Shown here: one piece after another, positions 8,981 to 16,600 of the stretch
How positions within the stretch are numbered: position 1 is the stretch's first letter
Layout of the letters: every line of letters begins with the position of its first letter
Virus record (IMG/VR): IMGVR_UViG_3300030372_004397
Location: 1 to 48,070 of that record
Strand: one strand, 5' to 3'
DNA: 48,070 nucleotides
From: a virus
Taxonomy: Duplodnaviria > Caudoviricetes
Made by a program: the position numbers and the translations under genes
Notes under the pieces: model-generated
Databases searched by the model: none
What the model saw: only the letters and a program-made list of their open reading frames with translations
Told to the model about the DNA's origin: nothing

Positions 8981-9337
8981 TTAAAAATCACTCATTAAAA
9001 TTTCATCTATTGTAGCTTGTATTTCTTTTCTTGTAGCTACCATTTTAAAACTAAGATCTGCTTGAAAACGTTTTACCTCTTCACCATCTTTAAGTAAAAC
9101 AATAGTAGGTACTATAGCTATTTGATATTTTTCTTGACAATCACCATGCCCAATATCCATTGTTTCTTTTTTAACGTCGCTTAATTTATCAAACCAGTCT
9201 ATTTCATTAGCAGAGTTCCACTCGGCGTTAAAATATATAGCTTTCATTTGGCCAAAAGCTATGCTACTAAAAAATATAAATATCATAAGTAATATATAAA
9301 TTACATATGTTTTTGGATTAGTATCTGTTTGTTCCAT
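8981..9337 (-). CDS. Exported or membrane-anchored thioredoxin-fold protein lacking CxxC
   Basis: Hydrophobic N-terminus ending AFG|Q. IYFNAEWNSAN sits at the position of F.A.WC..C. The cis-Pro loop IAIVPTIVLLKDGEEVKRF is retained. Confidence 0.75.
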   Translation of the reverse strand: MEQTDTNPKTYVIYILLMIFIFFSSIAFGQMKAIYFNAEWNSANEIDWFDKLSDVKKETMDIGHGDCQEKYQIAIVPTIVLLKDGEEVKRFQADLSFKMVATRKEIQATIDEILMSDF

Positions 9338-9338
9338 T

Positions 9339-9614
9339 TTATCTTAATTTATCGATTTTGTCTTCCATACGTATCATTCTTTCTTCTAGTTTTTTTACAT
9401 CATCTCTAGTTTCAATAATAGTACTACGTATGTTTTCATCTTTCATATTAAACTCCATTCTAGTTATATCAGGCTTTGGAAGCTCTTTAGCTTCAGCTAT
9501 ATCTGCCTGCAGTGTAAACCACATGCCTACTAAAGTAAATATTAAAGCAGCTATACCTCCTAAAGTTTTTACACTTATTTTAAAAGATGTGTCTTCATTT
9601 AATTCTTTTGTCAT
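9339..9614 (-). CDS. Single-pass membrane protein with a C-terminal coiled coil
   Basis: TM segment LGGIAALIFTLVGMWFTL, followed by heptads (VKKLEERMIRMEDKIDKL). Confidence 0.7.
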   Translation of the reverse strand: MTKELNEDTSFKISVKTLGGIAALIFTLVGMWFTLQADIAEAKELPKPDITRMEFNMKDENIRSTIIETRDDVKKLEERMIRMEDKIDKLR

Positions 9615-9616
9615 TT

Positions 9617-10654
9617 TTAAAATATTACATAGTTAATTCCAAACTTGAAATCATGCCATTCACGATTCCAGTATTTATTATATTTTCCTTCTACAAACAT
9701 GCCTAAATGTTTATTTAGTTTGTAACCAAGTATTAATCCTCCTGAATAATCATACCATTGCTCATCGTTATTATACTTGTGGTAAGAGTATTTAGAACCT
9801 ATATCGTGATGATAAGGTAATACATTTGCCCAAGAGTGTAACCAAAAAGTTTTAGTATAATGATAATAATCAAAACCTAATACTAAAGAGTAATTCCACT
9901 CAGCAGGTAACTCATCTCTTTTACGCTCCACATAATCAGAGAGTATATTAGGTATTATTACAGATTCCCATACATCTTTACTTGTTGCTACTAAATTTCC
10001 TTGTGGATCGTAATACTCATTGTTAAATACATCTACGTTATAACCTTCTTGTAAAGCTAAATAAGTGTAGTGTATATCACCATTACTTAACACCCACTCG
10101 TCTAGTGGATTATACCCATAAGGCTCTGCTATTCTTTGTGAAGCCCCTATGTTTATAGAAAACTTATTACTAACTTTATACCTATATCTTTGAGAGGCTT
10201 CAAAGTATTCTACGTCTGCAAAACCGTCAACTAAATACTCAACTTTAGCAATCCATTTGTCAGCTACATATCTTATAAAATGATTTTGATCTAAGTACTC
10301 TACGCCTTCTTGTCTTTTCATATCAGCCTCAAATAAAAACTCTAAGCCACTTATTTTACCTATAGTAGCAGCATCTGAAAAAGAAGTTTCTGTACCATCA
10401 TAAAATGTATTAGCTCTATTTTCATATCCAAATCTAGCTATTTTTCTAACACCAAAAGCTATGTTATAGTCAAACGGAGTTTTTACTGTTTGAGTTTCTA
10501 AACCGTTTGCAACTGAATACACATCTACGTCTGATATAGAAGTTCCACCACTAACAGCACCGTAAAACGTAGCAAATTTAAAATATTTTTTAAAATCTTG
10601 TGAACTAGCAGACAATGCTATACACAGCGTAAGTAATAATAATAATCTTTTCAT
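9617..10654 (-). CDS. Putative outer-membrane beta-barrel protein
   Basis: Signal peptide ends ASS|Q. Aromatic-rich amphipathic strands (LVLGFDYYHY, GGLILGYKL, LGMFVEGKY). Ends FKFGINYVIF with terminal Phe. Confidence 0.7.
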   Translation of the reverse strand: MKRLLLLLTLCIALSASSQDFKKYFKFATFYGAVSGGTSISDVDVYSVANGLETQTVKTPFDYNIAFGVRKIARFGYENRANTFYDGTETSFSDAATIGKISGLEFLFEADMKRQEGVEYLDQNHFIRYVADKWIAKVEYLVDGFADVEYFEASQRYRYKVSNKFSINIGASQRIAEPYGYNPLDEWVLSNGDIHYTYLALQEGYNVDVFNNEYYDPQGNLVATSKDVWESVIIPNILSDYVERKRDELPAEWNYSLVLGFDYYHYTKTFWLHSWANVLPYHHDIGSKYSYHKYNNDEQWYDYSGGLILGYKLNKHLGMFVEGKYNKYWNREWHDFKFGINYVIF

Positions 10655-10655
10655 T

Positions 10656-13600
10656 TTAATAATTATAGTATTTAAACTTAGTTTTCTTTTTCTTTTTATT
10701 TTTTAATTCTTTTTCTAACATCTTTTTTCTTTTTATTTCGTCTTTAATAGCATCAATTTTCTTAACACCTATACCATCAATACCAAGGTTCCAAGTACTC
10801 CAACCTAAACCAAACGATACTCTTTGCCAAGCCTCGTGTTCTGCGTTTAAAGCCTCTCTAATATTATCAACCTTGTTATGTAGTCTTGCTAAAGGAATAT
10901 TTGTTGTAGCTTCTACCGTATTACCTACAGCATCCCAAATAGGGTTATCAATATCAAGTATAGACATTTCTTTCATAACATCTTGATCCCACACGTAAGT
11001 TCTTTTAGCTTGTACCAACTTTCTAGCTTTAATACCTATTGGTGGAGACACCTGTAAAGCTTCTAGCAACTCAGCATATTCATCTTGTTTCCATTTAGGT
11101 TTTTCTTGTTCTTCACGGAATTTACGTACTACATTTTTTAAAGTAGCTACAACCGCTCCACCTATACCCATACCTCTTAATATAGTATCTATACTACCAT
11201 TAATTACACGGTCTTTTTTCTTTTTAAAGAACTCGTCATCTTTATCATCATCATCTCCAAACGCTATAGCAAATAATGCTGATTGTAAAGCCCCAAATAT
11301 TAAGTTTTGAACAGCAACATAGTATATTATTTTAGATATATTAGTTTTAATATCACCTCTACGGTTAACTAAATCTAAAGCAGCTTTTTTAGTCAACCTC
11401 ATATACTGCATAGGTGTATTTTGAAAAGCTAATATCAACCTACCAAGTGGTGAGGCTTGTTGTTGTGATATTTTATCTGGTCTTGCCGATTGTTGTGTTT
11501 CTTCTGCGATTTCAGCAAAGTCATCAAAAGCTTTTTGTTCAGCTTCAGCCTTAGTATAACCTTGTTTTATATAACTATTAAGTCTATTTCTATAAAAGGT
11601 AGCTCCACCCATAGCTATAGCAAAACTATCAGCAATTTGCGTAGGTAAAAACCCTTTACTTAACAACCAACTTATAGCAGCTTTAAAAGGCTCTTTTGAC
11701 TTACTAACATAACCAGCTAACTCAGCAGCGTTAATATCTGTTTTTAAACCAGATCTTCTTTGCTTTAACATATTAGAGTTAAATATCATTGAAAAATCTG
11801 CCCAAAATTGTTTTTGGTTAGCAAAAGCTTTAGCAGCTTTAAAAAAGTTGTTATCACTCCAGTTAATAAAGTTAACCATAGATATGGTTTGTAGCACAGC
11901 GGATCTTGCATTAACAAACATGGTAGCACCTATAGATCCGTTTATCCAGTTCATAAAGCCATTTACAAGTCTATTTTTACCAAAGTTTCTATTTGTACCG
12001 TTTATAGTTCTATATAATATATCTTCTAAAGCTTCTCTAAAATTACTACCGTATATAGCTTCTATTTTATTTAAATTTTCTTTTGAAAATATAATTTCAG
12101 CGTTGTCTATAAATTCTTGAAAAAACTTTTTTCTACCTATTTTGTTTGTAGCCGCGTCTAAATCATTTCTAATATCTTCAACTAACCAGTTTTCTCCTGG
12201 AGGTACGTAACCTTCTTTTTGTTTAGAAATAACACTTAACGTTTCAGCAAAGTTACGTAGTTCAGGATCTTTTTTAACTAAATCAGATAAATTCTTTTGA
12301 TCTGTTTTAGATAAACCAGGTATATCAAAATTAAATTTATCCCATAAATAAACTCTAACAGCGTCACTATACGTAAAGTCACCATCAGGTGTTTTTTTAT
12401 TTAATTTTTTACGAACATCAGAATAATTTTTCTTCAAAGCGTTATAGTCACTAGCAACACTTTGTCTAGCGTCGTTTAACTCTCTATAAGCTCTATTTAA
12501 CGGATTTATTAAAGCTTTCTTAAAAAACTCCATATGTTTTTCACCTTGTTTACCTTTGCCTAAAAAATAATATAATAAACCATTAAAGTCATCTGCAGAA
12601 GGAGGTATGAATATATTAAACCTACCTTTTTTAGCGCCACGTTTAGCAGCTTTAGCAGCAGAAAATCTTTTCTTAGCATCTACACCTTTTGTTTCTTCTA
12701 ATATTTTATTAAATTCAACGTTTATTCCTTTACTAAATTTAACTTTAGCTTGTTGAACTTTTGATTTGACATCAAATTGATCTAGCATGTTTTTTACAGC
12801 TTGTACGTTTTGTAAAGCATCATCAGCAAAGTAAAAGTCGTTATAACCCTCAGCGACTTTATCAGCTATCCACAAGGCTTTAGCCTCAGCTGTAGAATTA
12901 CCTAAACCGGTTATATTTTTTAAAGGTATATTTAAACCATTAGCTTTTAGAAAATCAAATATAGCTTTCTGAGCAGCTGATGGTCTAGCTGTTAATACAA
13001 ACATATTCTTCGGGCCAAACTTATCTTGTAGTTTCATTGCCTTGTTAAACAGTGGTGCTAACTTGCCTTTTACAACTTTATTAAAATCTGAAAAATCAAA
13101 TGTATATCCTTGATCTAATAAATCTTCATATGTACTAGCGTATTGCTCAGCATTTAAAGTACCTGTTGTTCCGTCTGGAGCAGTAAACTTAACTAAAGAT
13201 TTAGTTGTAGCTAATGTGTCATCAAAGTCTAAAACCGTAATACCTCTAGATTGTTTTAACTGTGGTCTTATTGATTCAACAAATTCTTTACCTTTTTGTT
13301 TTTGAGCTTGAAATTTATCAAATGCAGATCTAGAATTTACAACAGCGTCACTTATTATTTTACTTTGTTTTGTATTTGATAACATTTGATTATAAGCTTT
13401 TATTTTAGCTTTAAAAAAAGATGTGTTAAGTATACTGCTTATAGAGTTTGAACTATCAAAACTAAAATTAGTTTTAGATTTTATGCTGTTAATTTTAAAT
13501 TGTGGCTCTGTGTCTACTCTTAATCTATAACCTATTTTAACTTTTTTACCGTTTATTTTTTTTGTAACTCTAACAGGATTTAACCTTGCTATTAAAATAA

Positions 13601-16600
13601 ACTCTCCTTCTAAAGGACTCATACCTAGTTCCGCCATTTCAAAAACATCTTGCCCCATTATAAAACCTCCAATACCGCCAGCTTGTATATAATGAACGCC
13701 TTTGATATTATAGTTGTTTGAAATAAAATCACCACCTACTTTAATACTATAATCGTTTGTTAAAGCTTTTAATCCTAACGCTTTAAATTTATCATATTGA
13801 TTTAGGTTTAACACAGTGTCGCTATCTACTAAATCAACCCCTATTTCTTTTTTTATTTTTTTTCTTATAGCTTTTACTTTATCCACAACTTTTTTAAGCG
13901 CTTCTTTTATTTTTTTCTCATGTTTTTTGTCTAGTTTTTCTTCTCTAATAATTTCACCTGTTTTAAAATTAGCATAAGAAGCCCCGTTGTGCGACGCTCT
14001 AGCATTTCCAGCTTTATATTCAATAGGTATATGCGTTTCTAAAGGAGTGTCTTTAAACAAAACTATTGTTACGTCTGGATTAGGTACTATTATTTTTTTA
14101 CCTTCAGAGTTTAAAATTTCTACATTACTCTCTTTAACATCTTCATATAAAACAGTTACAAACGGAAGTTTTTCAGACTGTACAATTACGTTCTTTATAC
14201 CACTTTCTTCGTAATTTTTAGAAAATTTACCATGCCCTACAGTATGGAGTTTTTTACCTATTTTAAATTTTAATTCTTTTGGATTAACCAAACCGTCTTC
14301 ATAACCCTCTATAATATGATCTACAACTACTTGATCAATTTCACGGCCCATTATATTTATTTTAGCTTTTCTTTTTTCAACGTCAATTACATCATAAAAG
14401 TTTTCATTATTTTCTATTGCGTCAACAAGATAATTAACTTGTAATATTAAATTAGGACCAGTTAACTCTGTACCAAGAGACATTTTTACTTTAGGATCAA
14501 CATCTAAAATGTTAGCTAATCTTTCTGTATCGTTTTCAAACAACTGCTGACCTTGTAACTTAGATATAGCTCTCATTCTATCTCTTACATCTTGTTCGCT
14601 TTGTACCTCCATAGTAGCAGCGTAAGCTAGTTTAGAAACAACACGTTCAGCTAGTTTATCTTTTCTAGTACCTCTCAAACCACTCTTCTTACCTGTTTTA
14701 GGGTTTATTGCTGGAGGATTAAAAAACCTCATATAGGCTGTTTCACCATTTTTATCTTCAACCATGCTGAGTTTTAGCTTTGTAATAAGATTAGGTCCAG
14801 AGTTTCTATTTACTGTTTTAGGTAATAAACCTTTTTCAACTAATTTATCTACCTCTGTAGGTTTTGTTATTCTTCTTTTAGTAGCAAATATTTTTACTTT
14901 TTGTAATCTTTCTATTTGTATTAAATCTTCTTTAGTTAATACATTGCTATTAAAAATTACTGGAAAATATTTTTTTACAAAATTATTATAATTTTTTTCT
15001 ACATCAAAATATTCTTGTAAAAGATTTTTAAATTCTAGTTCATATGCTTTTTGTAACGCTAGCTTGTATTTTCTATTGTTTTCAATAGAAGGTAGTTTAG
15101 TGCCTAAAGTTTTTCTTACACCTTCTTTTATTTTTTCTTTAAAATCTTCGTAAGAATCTCCTTTTGAAACAACAATTTTTTCTATTATTTTAGAAACTTC
15201 AGCGGTGTAATCTTCATAACTCATTTCTTCTTGTTGAATCATTTGTTCTTCTGGACTCAACTCTTGAGTGTCTTCTATATCAAAACCAACATCACCTTCT
15301 TTTGTAGGTTTTTTAGCGTCAATACTTACAGTGGGTTCTTTAGTAGCTAATTCTTTTCTAGCAACTAATTTAGCAAATCTAGTGTTAGCAAATATATATT
15401 CACCAAAACCTTTTCTACCAACAATAGTACCATCAGCTCTTTTAGCTTCAGGATTAAAACCATCACCGACGAGACCTATAATTCTATCTGTTACTTCTTG
15501 TAAAATTAAATCAAATTCTTCTTTACTTACAGCTCTAGATTTTACGTAATTACTAATAGCACCATTATCTTCTAAAGCATTGAAAAGAACTTTATTACGA
15601 TTAGGATCAGCTATAAAAGTATCATAATCATCTTTTGTTTTAATATTAATAGGTAAAAGATTATTGATAGCCTCGAGTGGAGACACACCTTTAGCTTCTT
15701 TAATTTCTTTTTGTTCTTCTTCTGGTGGTAACTGAGCTTTAGCTCCAGGCTGTTGAGTTTTTTTAACAAAAGAATCTATATATCTTAAAACATCTTGCGT
15801 TGAGTTTATTTGTAATAGAGTATAGTTTTCACCATCTTTTAAAGCTCTTATTTTGTTTAAAAAAGATTTAAAAGAATATAATATAGAATTTTTTGGGCTT
15901 TTAAAAACACCCATACCTCTAAGAGTACCTAATAAAGTTAATAATTCAGCTGTATCTATACCTTTTTTATTAGTTAAACTTAAGTTTTGAATATCCACGT
16001 ATTGGTTTATTCTTCCCATAACTTGTTTAAGTAGTTTTGGATTATCTTTAAGCTCTTGTTCTAAATACTTAATTGTTTCTAAAACAAATTTTTCATGTGA
16101 CGCAACTACTTTTCCATCTTTTACTAACCCGCTTTTTATATCGTAACGATGTTGGTATTCGTGAACAGCAACTCTTATAGCATCAGCTTTAACCACTTCG
16201 TTATCTGTTAAAAGACCTAATCTAACATTGTTAGAAAAAACTAAAAGATCGTTACCAACATAAGTTCCAAAACCACCTATTTTTAACATATTTTGTTGAG
16301 CAGCTGGACCAACCCCACCTGTTGAAACCGTTTTATAGTTATCTAAAATTTGTTTTTTCTCTTTTTCTGTAATAATTCTATCATTAACCTTTTTAACTAA
16401 ATACTCGTCAAGCTCTTGTAAAGCATTATCACCGTCAAAAGCAACAACATTATTACCCATACCTTTCATTAAATTATTAAAGTACATGTGTTGACCTAAA
16501 GCATTTGCATGAGACATGGCCTTGCTTTCTTCTATATTTAATTTTTTACCATCTTCTCTAAGCTTTTGTTCGGCTTTTGATACTGGACTTTTTAGTAAAG

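Noticed and set aside
9358-9636. Plus-strand ORF overlapping the TM coiled-coil gene as an embedded o-spanin
   Set aside because: Wrong strand for the operon and no N-terminal lipobox.
13212-13229. DFDDT as the catalytic DFDxD motif of a crAss-type virion RNA polymerase
   Set aside because: It is DxDxT followed by LTAR and FADD, which is a HAD signature. I saw no DxDxD motif in double-psi barrel context.
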